Origin: an uncultured Spirochaetota bacterium
GTDB taxonomy: Bacteria > Spirochaetota > Spirochaetia > SZUA-6 > Fen-1364
DNA length: 64,000 nucleotides
Assembly (NCBI GenBank): GCA_963845535.1
Contig: CAWJSK010000021.1
Span: 64,001 to 128,000 of the forward strand
Direction: 5' to 3'
Below the pieces are notes generated by a model. That model saw nothing but the letters and a program-made list of their open reading frames with translations. It was not told where the DNA came from and made no database searches. Positions 51,273 through 59,894 of this stretch are shown one piece after another; within the stretch, counting starts at the first letter, position 1, and every line of letters starts with the position of its first letter. The position numbers and the translations under genes are program-made.

Positions 51273-52418
51273 ATGGACGTGAAAAAATTGCGATCTCTGC
51301 CGTGGCTCATCCTGGCGGCCGCGGCATTTTCCCTTATCGCCTGCCAGCCAAAGACGGCCCTGCGCGTCACCGTGAAGAGCCAGGCGGCCCAGGACGGCAC
51401 AATCGACAGGAACGTGGAGTTCTCCGGAGTCCTTGTCCCCAACAGGACGGTCAACATCTTCGCCAAGCTCGCCGGCCAGGCCACGTTCGTGGGCGCTGAC
51501 GTTGGAAACCAGGTGAAGGCGGGGCAACTCCTCGTGCAGATCGACACCAAGGAACTGAACGCGCAGCTCAAGGTGGCGGAAGCCCAGCTCGCCGGCGTCA
51601 GCGACCAGGCTGCTCAAGCCAAGATCGGCGTGGAGACGGCGCGGCTGAACCTGGATCTCGCCCAGAGGGCGTACGACAGGACAAAGACGCTTCTGGACAG
51701 CAAGGTCGTCACGCAGAGCCAGCTTGACGACGCCCAGACCAAGCTCGACCTGGCCAAAAGCGCATTCGACAACGCAAACCAGCAATACAACACCATCAGC
51801 AACTCCGGTGTGGCCCAGGCCGAGGCCCAGGTCAACTTCATCCGTGTGCAGATCTCCAACAGCACCATCACGAGCCCCATCCCGGGCGTCGTGACCAACA
51901 GGAACATCAACGCGGGGGAGATCACATCGACGTCCTCACCGCTCATGTCGGTAGCCGACACCTTTACGCTGAAATTGCAGGGGAACCTCTCCCAGGAGGA
52001 TATCGTTCGCCTGAGCCTGGGAAGCAAGGTCAAGGTGTCCGTCGATGTAATGCCGGGCAAGCAGTACACGGGCCGCGTGGAACAGGTGGGACCGGTTGCG
52101 GCCGCCACGGGCCAGTATTTCCCGGTCGTCGTGGACCTTCCCAACGACGGCAGGCTGCTCGCCGGCATGACCGCGAAAGCATCCTTCGCGCTCAACAGCG
52201 CTCAGGGGGTCCTTATCCCATTATCCGCGGTGGCTTCCGGTGAGGACGGCCAGGCGTTCGTCTTCGTGGTCTCTGCAGGCACCGTGCACAAGAGGGCGGT
52301 GACGCTGGGAATGAGGAATGACACGGAAGTCCTGGTCCTCTCCGGGCTGCAGGCAGGTGAGACAGTTGCAACATCGAACGTCGACGCGCTCCAGGATGGG
52401 ATGGGGGTGGCTCAATGA
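51273..52418 (+). CDS. Full-length RND-type periplasmic adaptor, probable lipoprotein
   Basis: SLIAC lipobox; GNQVKAGQLL; long hairpin; SPIPG; LLAGMTA. Confidence 0.88.
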   Translation: MDVKKLRSLPWLILAAAAFSLIACQPKTALRVTVKSQAAQDGTIDRNVEFSGVLVPNRTVNIFAKLAGQATFVGADVGNQVKAGQLLVQIDTKELNAQLKVAEAQLAGVSDQAAQAKIGVETARLNLDLAQRAYDRTKTLLDSKVVTQSQLDDAQTKLDLAKSAFDNANQQYNTISNSGVAQAEAQVNFIRVQISNSTITSPIPGVVTNRNINAGEITSTSSPLMSVADTFTLKLQGNLSQEDIVRLSLGSKVKVSVDVMPGKQYTGRVEQVGPVAAATGQYFPVVVDLPNDGRLLAGMTAKASFALNSAQGVLIPLSAVASGEDGQAFVFVVSAGTVHKRAVTLGMRNDTEVLVLSGLQAGETVATSNVDALQDGMGVAQ

Positions 52419-53914
52419 AGTCGTGGGTGGGCCTCGTGATCGGCGGCATCCTGCTGGCATGGACAGGCCCCGCGCTCTCCGCGCAGGCGGAGAGCCCGGC
52501 CGTCACGCTGACGATTGACCGCGCAATCTCGCAGGCGCTCGCCAATCAACCGCTCATCCAGCAGGCCCAGGCCGCCGTGGAAGCTGCCCGCGCCCGCGTG
52601 GGACAGGCCAACAGCTCGTACTACCCTTTCGTGAGCGGCAGCGGATCATACGACAGGCTGTCGGATCAGAGCTTCGCCATATCATCGGTCCTGCCGCCCG
52701 CTCTTCTTCAGGGGGCCACCATACCGTCGAATATTGCGCCCTTGTTGAACGAGCCGTTCTCCCTGGTTCCCGTGAACGTGTGGGACTTTCACGTGGGGTT
52801 GAACCAGGTGATCTTCCAGTTCGGCAAGCGCGGCGTCCAGGTCAAGCTCGCTGAGAGCGGCGTCTCAGCCGCGCAGATCGGAGTCGAACAGATACGCCTG
52901 AGCCTCGCGTTCCAGGCAGCCCAGGGTTTCTACTCCGTGCTTTTCCTCCGAGACCAGGTTTCCGCCGTCAACGAGCAGCAGGCAAACCTTCAGGAGCACC
53001 TGGCGGCAACACGGGCAAAAGCGCAGGCGGGGACGGCCACGAAATATGACGAGCTTGCCACGGAGGTGCGCATCTCCACGCTCCAAAGCCAGCTCATCGA
53101 CGCGCAGAATCAACTGGAGAAGCAGACAATAGCGTTCAAGCAGCTGCTGGGGATCCCCGAGTCCACCCGGCTGGACTTGCAGGGTGAGTTCACGGCGCCG
53201 CCTGATGCGCCTGCATCGGAGGCTTCCCCCGCGGACGCCGCCGCAACCGAGCAGGCCCTGCTTGATTCCGCCATGGCGCGGAGGCCCGAGATCCGGCAAG
53301 CGGAGGAAGGGGAAAGGGAGGCGGAGCTTGCCAGGCGGCTTGCCACCATGGGGGGTTGGCCAACGGTCTCCGGGCATGCGTCTGTGGGCTACAAGAACGG
53401 CATTCTCCCGGATATCAACACACCGGCGTTCAACTGGGTTGCGGGCGTTCAGGTGAACGTCCCCATCTTCGAGGGCTTCCTCATCACCAAGCAGGGAGAA
53501 GAGGCGGAGAAGAAGCTCGCTGCGGCCCGGGAGAGCACGCTTGCGGTGAAGCGCGCGGTGACAACCCAGGTGCTCCAGGCCCTGCAGGACGTGGCGGCCG
53601 GACGGGACCAGGTGCAAAGCGCACAGCTCCAGCTTCAGCAGGCCAAAGACATGCTGGACGTCGTCAAGATACAGTACGACCTCGGGATGCTCACCAATCT
53701 GGAATACCTCGACGCGCAGGCCGCCCTCGAGCGGGCGGAGCTCGGCAGCCTGCTGGCGCAGTATCGGGAGGTCCTGAACGAGTACGCCTTGCGGCAGGCC
53801 GCCGGCACCCCTGCCTGGCAGGCAACCCCGCCGCAAGGATCAGGGGCGGCGCAAGGGCCGTCTGCGGCCCCGGGGACCGCATCCCCGGGGACCACTTCCC
53901 CGGCTGGTCACTAG
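52415..53914 (+). CDS. TolC-family outer membrane efflux protein
   Basis: Signal peptide, LTIDRAISQAL..P, RRPE, VPIFEG, EYLDAQ. Confidence 0.9.
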   Translation: MKSWVGLVIGGILLAWTGPALSAQAESPAVTLTIDRAISQALANQPLIQQAQAAVEAARARVGQANSSYYPFVSGSGSYDRLSDQSFAISSVLPPALLQGATIPSNIAPLLNEPFSLVPVNVWDFHVGLNQVIFQFGKRGVQVKLAESGVSAAQIGVEQIRLSLAFQAAQGFYSVLFLRDQVSAVNEQQANLQEHLAATRAKAQAGTATKYDELATEVRISTLQSQLIDAQNQLEKQTIAFKQLLGIPESTRLDLQGEFTAPPDAPASEASPADAAATEQALLDSAMARRPEIRQAEEGEREAELARRLATMGGWPTVSGHASVGYKNGILPDINTPAFNWVAGVQVNVPIFEGFLITKQGEEAEKKLAAARESTLAVKRAVTTQVLQALQDVAAGRDQVQSAQLQLQQAKDMLDVVKIQYDLGMLTNLEYLDAQAALERAELGSLLAQYREVLNEYALRQAAGTPAWQATPPQGSGAAQGPSAAPGTASPGTTSPAGH

Positions 53915-53919
53915 AGAGA

Positions 53920-54333
53920 TCAAGCCGGACGGGACGCCTCGCGCCCGACACACGCGGCGCAGAGGCAGCCCCTCGGCTTGATGTAGGTATCGAAGTATTC
54001 CTTCCCGTAGTCATAGCAAAGCTCTTCCCCTGCCACGATTTTCCGGAGGGAATATATCTTGACCTTCCTGCCCCTGGTGTACGCCACGCAATTGGGCTTG
54101 CACGAGTGGTTGATGTAGCGGCTGAGGTTGTCCCGGCCGCGGCCGTCGATGGTCCACCGCGAGTTCACCCGAAACAGGTACTTGCCGCCCCTGCGGTCAG
54201 CTTCGTCGTTGGGCAGGAGGGCACCGGTGTATTCGATGATGAAATCCCCTCGCGGGAAGCCTCGTGCGGCAAACAACCCGAGCCCGCAGCGGCTTCTCTT
54301 AACCATGAACCAGTTCGAAGTATCTTCTCTCAT
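53920..54333 (-). CDS. SET domain protein (putative lysine methyltransferase)
   Basis: GLGLFA, IEYTG, RYINHSCKPN, GEELCYDY, post-SET CLCAAC. Confidence 0.93.
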   Translation of the reverse strand: MREDTSNWFMVKRSRCGLGLFAARGFPRGDFIIEYTGALLPNDEADRRGGKYLFRVNSRWTIDGRGRDNLSRYINHSCKPNCVAYTRGRKVKIYSLRKIVAGEELCYDYGKEYFDTYIKPRGCLCAACVGREASRPA

Positions 54334-54349
54334 CAGTGCGCATGAGACA

Positions 54350-56221
54350 TTACCGATCTCCCGCCTCACGCGCAATATCATGAATCAGGCCGGCCACGTC
54401 CCCGTCATGGACATAGCTCTTCAGCCTGGCGTCGAAATCCCGCGGTATCCAGAACCCGACGAGCATCTGGCGCGCCTGATCGCGCAGCCCGGCGGCCATC
54501 TCCGTGTCACCCTGCCGCCTTGACGCCACCGAGGCGTAGGCCGCGGCGAGCAGCTTCGTGGCCGGTGAATTGATGGGACGGGACAAGGAGGCAAGGAACC
54601 AGGACGTGGCCGCCTGCCAGTCCTGCTCCTCGAATAAGGCAAGCCCCAGATCGAGCGGACCAAGGTAGTAGTCCGGAAACGCCTGATCCATCCAGTGCGC
54701 GGCGCTTTTGGCCTCATCATACCGGCCAAGGGCCAGCGAAGCGCTGAACGTCCAATCAGCCTTCAGGAATGGATTCACGCCCTGGTCCTGGCGAATATCG
54801 TCTGCAACCTTCAACCATCCCTCACGGTCCAGGCTCATGACGTGGGCCTTGGCCAGCGTGAAGACGCGGTCCAGGAATGCACAGTCCTCCCGAAAGCTCC
54901 GCGTCTCGGCGAACGGATCCGCGGCGCGCCACTGGCTGACCCTGCCCGTGGCGAGGTCATACGCGAGAAACGGCCCGAAGCCCGCGTATGAGTCGCGGTA
55001 GGAAAAATACACCCGGTTCTCCGGCCAGTCGATGATGACGCTCTGGATGGTGGAGAAGTTGTTGATCGTCTTGAAGGAATCCTGCTGGAGCGTCTGGTGA
55101 ACGGGAAAATCCGCGTAGGAATAAAAATCGTGGTTGCCGAGGACTTCCCGGGAATAATCGACGAGCGGAGTCTCCGCCGCCGCGGCCTTCAAGACGCTCA
55201 GCTCATTTTCGCGTGCCAGGTTGTACTCAGCCTGGGACAGGATGGAGGCGTTTGCCCGGCGGTTCGCCGCCGAAAGCGGCGCGTTGGCGACGGACTGGAT
55301 GTCACCCGTCATGGGCACCTTCGTCATTGCGTCTCCCAGGGACTCATAGAGGGCGGCGCTCCGCTCGTCCCGCGAAGAGACCTCGATGAAGTAGTGCGAC
55401 GCCGCCGAGCGTTCCATGATGGAGTCCACGTCGGCGAGGGACGCGCTTTCCTCCAGCACTTCCTTGACCAGGAACCCGACCGGGATCACGTTCCGCCGGG
55501 CGTTCTTCGTGAACGCCGCCGTATTGACGGACGCGGCAATCCCCCGCTCGTTGAGCCCCGTGTACACCCCGGGGAGCCCGGCAAAACCGATGTTGACGTA
55601 GGGGACCTTGCCGTCAATGGCAACCTTCGCGATCACCGGGTATCGCCACACAAGGTTCGCGGGCCAGGGGAAATCGAAGTTGCGGGCATGAACGACCTGG
55701 CCGCCCCGCCTGACCACCATCGAAGTGCAGCCTGTGTCGAATAGGATTTCCGGCGCCATGGCGAAGAAGAGATAGTCCGAGAAAGGAATCCCCGAGCCAT
55801 CCGCAATTCCCTGCACCTCCTCTTCGAAGCCCGCGGGAAGCTCTCCGCGCATCTCACCGAGCTTCCCGTCCAGGGAGATCCGGAAGAAGAAGCGTCGAAG
55901 CCCCCCGCCGGTGAGCTGGTCAAGCAGCCGGTTGAACTCCGCGTACAGGGAGCGGATCTCAGGCCGCAGCAGGACGCCGTACTGAAGCCCGACTTCATAG
56001 GGCGGACCGGAAACCTCAAGGAGCGGAGTCCCATCCATATCCACCCGCCTGCCGGAATGGAAAACGAGCGCATCCGCGGTCTTGTGCGGCTCCCTGTCAG
56101 GGACCGGAGGCGCTCCGACGCATGAAGAGATCAGGAGCGCAGCAAAAAGGGCCAGCGTCACGCGCACGACAGCCTTTTCGAATACGGCGACACGATCCTT
56201 TTTTGGAGTTGCCGGAATCAT
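54350..56221 (-). CDS. C45-family Ntn hydrolase/acyltransferase lipoprotein with TPR-like C-terminus
   Basis: Lipobox LISSC; G..YEVGLQYG; G|CTS autoprocessing Cys; HARNFDF; GLNERG; alternative in-frame start 56395 with strong SD. Confidence 0.85.
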   Translation of the reverse strand: MIPATPKKDRVAVFEKAVVRVTLALFAALLISSCVGAPPVPDREPHKTADALVFHSGRRVDMDGTPLLEVSGPPYEVGLQYGVLLRPEIRSLYAEFNRLLDQLTGGGLRRFFFRISLDGKLGEMRGELPAGFEEEVQGIADGSGIPFSDYLFFAMAPEILFDTGCTSMVVRRGGQVVHARNFDFPWPANLVWRYPVIAKVAIDGKVPYVNIGFAGLPGVYTGLNERGIAASVNTAAFTKNARRNVIPVGFLVKEVLEESASLADVDSIMERSAASHYFIEVSSRDERSAALYESLGDAMTKVPMTGDIQSVANAPLSAANRRANASILSQAEYNLARENELSVLKAAAAETPLVDYSREVLGNHDFYSYADFPVHQTLQQDSFKTINNFSTIQSVIIDWPENRVYFSYRDSYAGFGPFLAYDLATGRVSQWRAADPFAETRSFREDCAFLDRVFTLAKAHVMSLDREGWLKVADDIRQDQGVNPFLKADWTFSASLALGRYDEAKSAAHWMDQAFPDYYLGPLDLGLALFEEQDWQAATSWFLASLSRPINSPATKLLAAAYASVASRRQGDTEMAAGLRDQARQMLVGFWIPRDFDARLKSYVHDGDVAGLIHDIAREAGDR

Positions 56222-56438
56222 CTTGTTTCTCCCTTCAACACCGGCCGGTTGAAAACCCGCCCATAGAATCAGACGTTTCAGAAGCGGTTTTAATTCATTG
56301 CAGCCCTGCTGCTCTTGCAAAGTCCGCCGCGGCCCTATGCATCCATTGCGGCGGTCCTCTTGTCCGCCGAGCTTTTCTCCACTGGTCTTGCTCATATCGC
56401 CCTCCTCCACAGGCAGGTCCGAACTCGCCACGAAACGC

Positions 56439-56503
56439 TGACCAACTGGATAGTCAAAACTGCAATGTGCCACACGTACGACATTTGACTATCCAGATAG
56501 TTA
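56439..56503. promoter_or_regulatory. Two TetR-type operators upstream of the C45-SET genes
   Basis: TGACCAACTGGATAGTCA (56439-56456) and TGACTATCCAGATAGTTA (56486-56503) resemble the tetR operator at 57276-57293. Confidence 0.78.
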
Positions 56504-56543
56504 ATAAAGGATTCGCACGCCATGGGCACTCGGAAACCCTCCC

Positions 56544-57263
56544 CTACCTCTTGGGGTGAAAAAAGGACGTCGTTGCCGTCGAGTATATCTTCGAGAAGGT
56601 GGCGTAGAACTCCTCTTTCAGCTGCGTATCGTCCGTCTTGTAGTACTCGGCCCATTTGTCTTTCAGCAACTCGAAGAAGATCAAAGGAGCGAAACCGAAA
56701 AAGAAAGCCGGGAAGCGGATCTCATCGATGTTGCTCACCGTAACCCCTGCCTTCTTAAATGCAGGAAGCAGGGATGACATGTACTTATCCATCACGCGAA
56801 AAAGCGCGGGCACCTCATCATCATCTTTCAAAGCCTCGGTGCAGAGGATCCCCAGAAGGGAAATGCGTCGGCTGGTAAGATCGATCCCGCTGCGCATGAG
56901 CTCTTTCGGTATATCTCCCGTGGCCAGGTTGACCTTCTCCGGCAGAGAATCAAAGACTGCCTCTTTTTCCGCCACGAGCTCACGGATCGCGCTGTTGACC
57001 AGCTCTTCCAGGAGGGCCTTCTTGCTCTCGAAATAGTAGTAGATGAGAGCCTTGTTCACGCCTGCCTCTTCGGCTATCTCATCCACCCGCGCGCCGTCAA
57101 AGCCCTTCCGGGAAAAGATCCGCTCAGCCGCGTCGAGGATCCGTTTTCGCGTCTGGAGGGCTTCTTCACTCAGGGCGGATTCGTGCGTCTTGCCGTGCTT
57201 TTTCGCTCGACGTTCTTTTGCCTTCGCTGGCATCATCTTCGAGGGAATCTCCTTCGCAGGCAT
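56544..57263 (-). CDS. TetR/AcrR-family regulator
   Basis: RILDAAERIFSRKGFDGARVDEIAEEAGVNKALIYYYFESK. Confidence 0.94.
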   Translation of the reverse strand: MPAKEIPSKMMPAKAKERRAKKHGKTHESALSEEALQTRKRILDAAERIFSRKGFDGARVDEIAEEAGVNKALIYYYFESKKALLEELVNSAIRELVAEKEAVFDSLPEKVNLATGDIPKELMRSGIDLTSRRISLLGILCTEALKDDDEVPALFRVMDKYMSSLLPAFKKAGVTVSNIDEIRFPAFFFGFAPLIFFELLKDKWAEYYKTDDTQLKEEFYATFSKIYSTATTSFFHPKR

Positions 57264-57275
57264 CTCCGCGCCTCC

Positions 57276-57322
57276 TGACCAACCATTTAGTCAAACTTAG
57301 TAGGTTTTCATATTCTTGTCAA
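57276..57322 (-). promoter_or_regulatory. sigma70 promoter and operator of the tetR gene
   Basis: Minus strand TTGACA-N17-TAAGTT immediately followed by TGACTAAATGGTTGGTCA. Confidence 0.78.
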
Positions 57323-57355
57323 TAGCGGTGAAACAGGTACCGCGGAGGCGTTTCG

Positions 57356-58252
57356 TCAGCGCGCGAAGAGGACCAGGAGCAGGAAAAGGAGAGGAAGATA
57401 GGAAACCGATATGCGCAGGAGGAGCCTTCCGGATCGCTTGTCTCTGCGAACCGCCGCGATTATCGAAAAGACGAGGAAGGCCGCTCCCAACCCAAGAGCC
57501 ACGGGAAGGTAGACGATGCCGGCGAAGCCGGTCAAATACGGGAGGACGCTCACAGCCACAAGGAGCACCGCGGCGGCCGTGATTTCCGTGACGACCCACG
57601 GTCCCGACGCGCGGGAGGCGGTAACCACACGGATGCCGCCGCGCTGATAGTCCTCCCGGTACATCAGCTCCAAGGCGAGGAAATGGGGAAACTGCCAGAA
57701 GAACAGGATGCCGAAGAGAATCCAGGCCTCCAGCCCCAGCGAGCCGCGCGCCGCTGCCCAGCCCAGAAGCGGCGGCATGGCGCCGGAGATTGCCCCCGGA
57801 ATGGTGTGGTGCATTGTCCGCCGCTTGAGCGGCGTGTACAGGAAGATGTAGCTCACGAACGTAAAGAGGGCCACGAGCCCTGCAACGAGACCGAACCCCA
57901 CGGTGAACCCGATGATGGCCACCGCGGTGAGGACAGACCCGAACGCCAGCGCCTCCTTCGGCGCAATGCGGCCGCTGGGGAGGGGACGGTGCACTGTTCG
58001 AATCATGAGCGCATCAGTGTCTCTCTCAGAATAGTGGTTCAGGGCAAAGATGCCGAAGGCAAGCAGGATGACCCCGAGCGCAGCCTCCCCGAGCTTCAAC
58101 ACGGGTACCGCCGGCGCAGTGGCAAGAGCGAAGGAGCCCGCGGCTACCACGAGGACCAGAAGGGTGATCCGCGGCTTGGTCAGGTCGAGGTACGCCCTGG
58201 CTTTCCCGAGGGCGCTGCGCTGCCGGGGGACGGCTGTTGCCTGTTGGCTCAT
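57356..58252 (-). CDS. cyoE: Protoheme IX farnesyltransferase (heme O synthase)
   Basis: LTKPRI, N...ERDTDALMIRT..RPLPSG, YTPLKR, GAISGAMPPL.GW, WQFPHF. Confidence 0.93.
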   Translation of the reverse strand: MSQQATAVPRQRSALGKARAYLDLTKPRITLLVLVVAAGSFALATAPAVPVLKLGEAALGVILLAFGIFALNHYSERDTDALMIRTVHRPLPSGRIAPKEALAFGSVLTAVAIIGFTVGFGLVAGLVALFTFVSYIFLYTPLKRRTMHHTIPGAISGAMPPLLGWAAARGSLGLEAWILFGILFFWQFPHFLALELMYREDYQRGGIRVVTASRASGPWVVTEITAAAVLLVAVSVLPYLTGFAGIVYLPVALGLGAAFLVFSIIAAVRRDKRSGRLLLRISVSYLPLLFLLLVLFAR

Positions 58253-59676
58253 GCGCCACCGCGTGCAAGGGCAGGCTCGCGAAAACCGAATAAGCGTTCC
58301 GCTTTGATGACCCGGGCCACCTCGGCCGGGACCAGATCCTCCCATGACGGGTCCCCCGCTTGCAGCCGGGCCAGCACGTCCCGCGGAAGGATGGAAAGGT
58401 CTGCCGGAGTGGTGTCTCGGATTGCCTCCACGCAGTGGTTGTCCAGAAGGTACGCGTACAGGTGGCGCAGGGATGCGGGGGCCTGAAAGGTTTCCGCGGT
58501 CACTATCTCACCTGTTTCGCTGTCCTTCCAGGGGTAGACATAAAGGGTGACCGGGCCCCGCATGAGATGACCAATCGCCTCCAGCACGCCGCCCTCCAAG
58601 TCGCGATAATGCTCCTCATCGAAGAGCTGCTGGAGCGTCGGAATACCAAGCACCATCACGATCCTCTCATGCGTATAGCGGCGCAGGTAGGAGACCAGGT
58701 TGTGGAAGCGCGAATAGTTGGACACCATCACCGTCTTTCCCAGGACGCGGAGCGTGTCCATGCGCGCCAGGAAGTCCGCGTGCTCGACCTTCTCCCCGAG
58801 GGTCAGGAGGTTGCGCAGCGTCATCTCCATCAGGATGATGGGGTCCGGGCCTTTCGTGTCAGGGGCCTGGCGAAGCTGGGCCAGGGACTTATCCAGCATG
58901 TCGAGGGTTACCCGTGTTATGGGACGGAAGCTTCCGCGCTCCATGAGGACTGGCCTGTGGTACAGAAGCTCGGCAGGCTCCACGACGTCTCCGTCCGGGG
59001 AGAACACCGCGGCGTTCGTCAGCCTTTGCTCGACGAGCTGGAGGCTCATGAGGCGGTTGTCCACCCCGCGGAACGCCGGCCCGGAGAACTTCAACATGTC
59101 CACTTCCATGCGGTCGCGCGTCAGCTCGTCCATGAGGGACCCTATCAACGCCTCCGGCGCGCCCGCCGAATAGAACGCCCCGTAGATGAGGTTGACGCCC
59201 AGAAGGCCGATGGCCTCCTGCTGCCGCACGTTGTCCAGGTCCCACATGCGGGCGTGGATGATGATCTCAGAGGCCGGCCCGCGTGGCTCGCTCTGGAACC
59301 GGATGCCGAGCCAGCCATGACCGTCCTCCTGCCTCGTATGGCTCTTTGTTGCAACGGTGTCGGCAAAGACGAAGCAATGCGTCTTCTCCGCCCGCTTCGA
59401 ATCCAGCCTCTCCAGAAGCAGCGTCCATTCGTGGTCCAGCATGGCCGCCAGGCGCTGCCGGCTCACGTAGCGTTCGCCGGGGCCGTAGATGGCGTCAGAA
59501 ACCGCCATGTCATATGCCGACATGGTCTTCGCAACCGTGCCGGCAGCCCCTCCGACGTGGAAAAACCAGCGGGCAACTTCCTGCCCCGCGCCGATCTCCG
59601 CGAACGTGCCGTAGCGCGCGGCATCGATATTGATGCGCAGCGCCTTGTCATTCGCGCTCACCGTGTTCATGCCCAT
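58249..59676 (-). CDS. Uncharacterised protein with CinA/PncC-like N-domain and NMN/NaMN adenylyltransferase-like C-domain
   Basis: YGTFAEIGAGQEVAR..GGAAGTVAKTMSAYDM; ERGSFRP; WEDLVPAEVARVIK; ATGA-coupled to cyoE. Confidence 0.75.
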   Translation of the reverse strand: MGMNTVSANDKALRINIDAARYGTFAEIGAGQEVARWFFHVGGAAGTVAKTMSAYDMAVSDAIYGPGERYVSRQRLAAMLDHEWTLLLERLDSKRAEKTHCFVFADTVATKSHTRQEDGHGWLGIRFQSEPRGPASEIIIHARMWDLDNVRQQEAIGLLGVNLIYGAFYSAGAPEALIGSLMDELTRDRMEVDMLKFSGPAFRGVDNRLMSLQLVEQRLTNAAVFSPDGDVVEPAELLYHRPVLMERGSFRPITRVTLDMLDKSLAQLRQAPDTKGPDPIILMEMTLRNLLTLGEKVEHADFLARMDTLRVLGKTVMVSNYSRFHNLVSYLRRYTHERIVMVLGIPTLQQLFDEEHYRDLEGGVLEAIGHLMRGPVTLYVYPWKDSETGEIVTAETFQAPASLRHLYAYLLDNHCVEAIRDTTPADLSILPRDVLARLQAGDPSWEDLVPAEVARVIKAERLFGFREPALARGGA

Positions 59677-59740
59677 GGAGCAACCGTTTTCTTCTTAAGC
59701 ATCTGGTTGGAACCCTTTCGAGCCTTTGCAACATTCACCG

Positions 59741-59769
59741 AGTCTAAAGGTAATGCCTTTCGCCTTGAA
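59741..59769 (-). promoter_or_regulatory. Candidate sigma70 promoter for the CinA/NMNAT-like-cyoE operon
   Basis: TTCAAG-N17-TAGACT on the minus strand. Confidence 0.5.
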
Positions 59770-59806
59770 CAGCGAGCCCTTGCGGCGGCGTTGCGGAGGC
59801 ACGGAA

Positions 59807-59842
59807 GCAGGCAGGCGGAGTGCAGGCAGGCGGAGTGCAGGC
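59807..59842. repeat. 15-bp tandem repeat GCAGGCAGGCGGAGT x2.4
   Basis: Copies at 59807-59821 and 59822-59836, partial copy 59837-59842. Confidence 0.88.
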
Positions 59843-59894
59843 GCGGCGAGCCCTCGACGCTTTCAGCGCCGTTGAGTAGAATGAGCCCAACGCG

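Noticed and set aside
57225..57263. Duplicated MPAK at the TetR N-terminus as a functional repeat
   Set aside because: Short imperfect duplication that only makes the start codon ambiguous
58249..59676. TonB-dependent receptor label, which I recall being attached to similar proteins
   Set aside because: No signal peptide or beta-barrel pattern; soluble alpha/beta motifs instead
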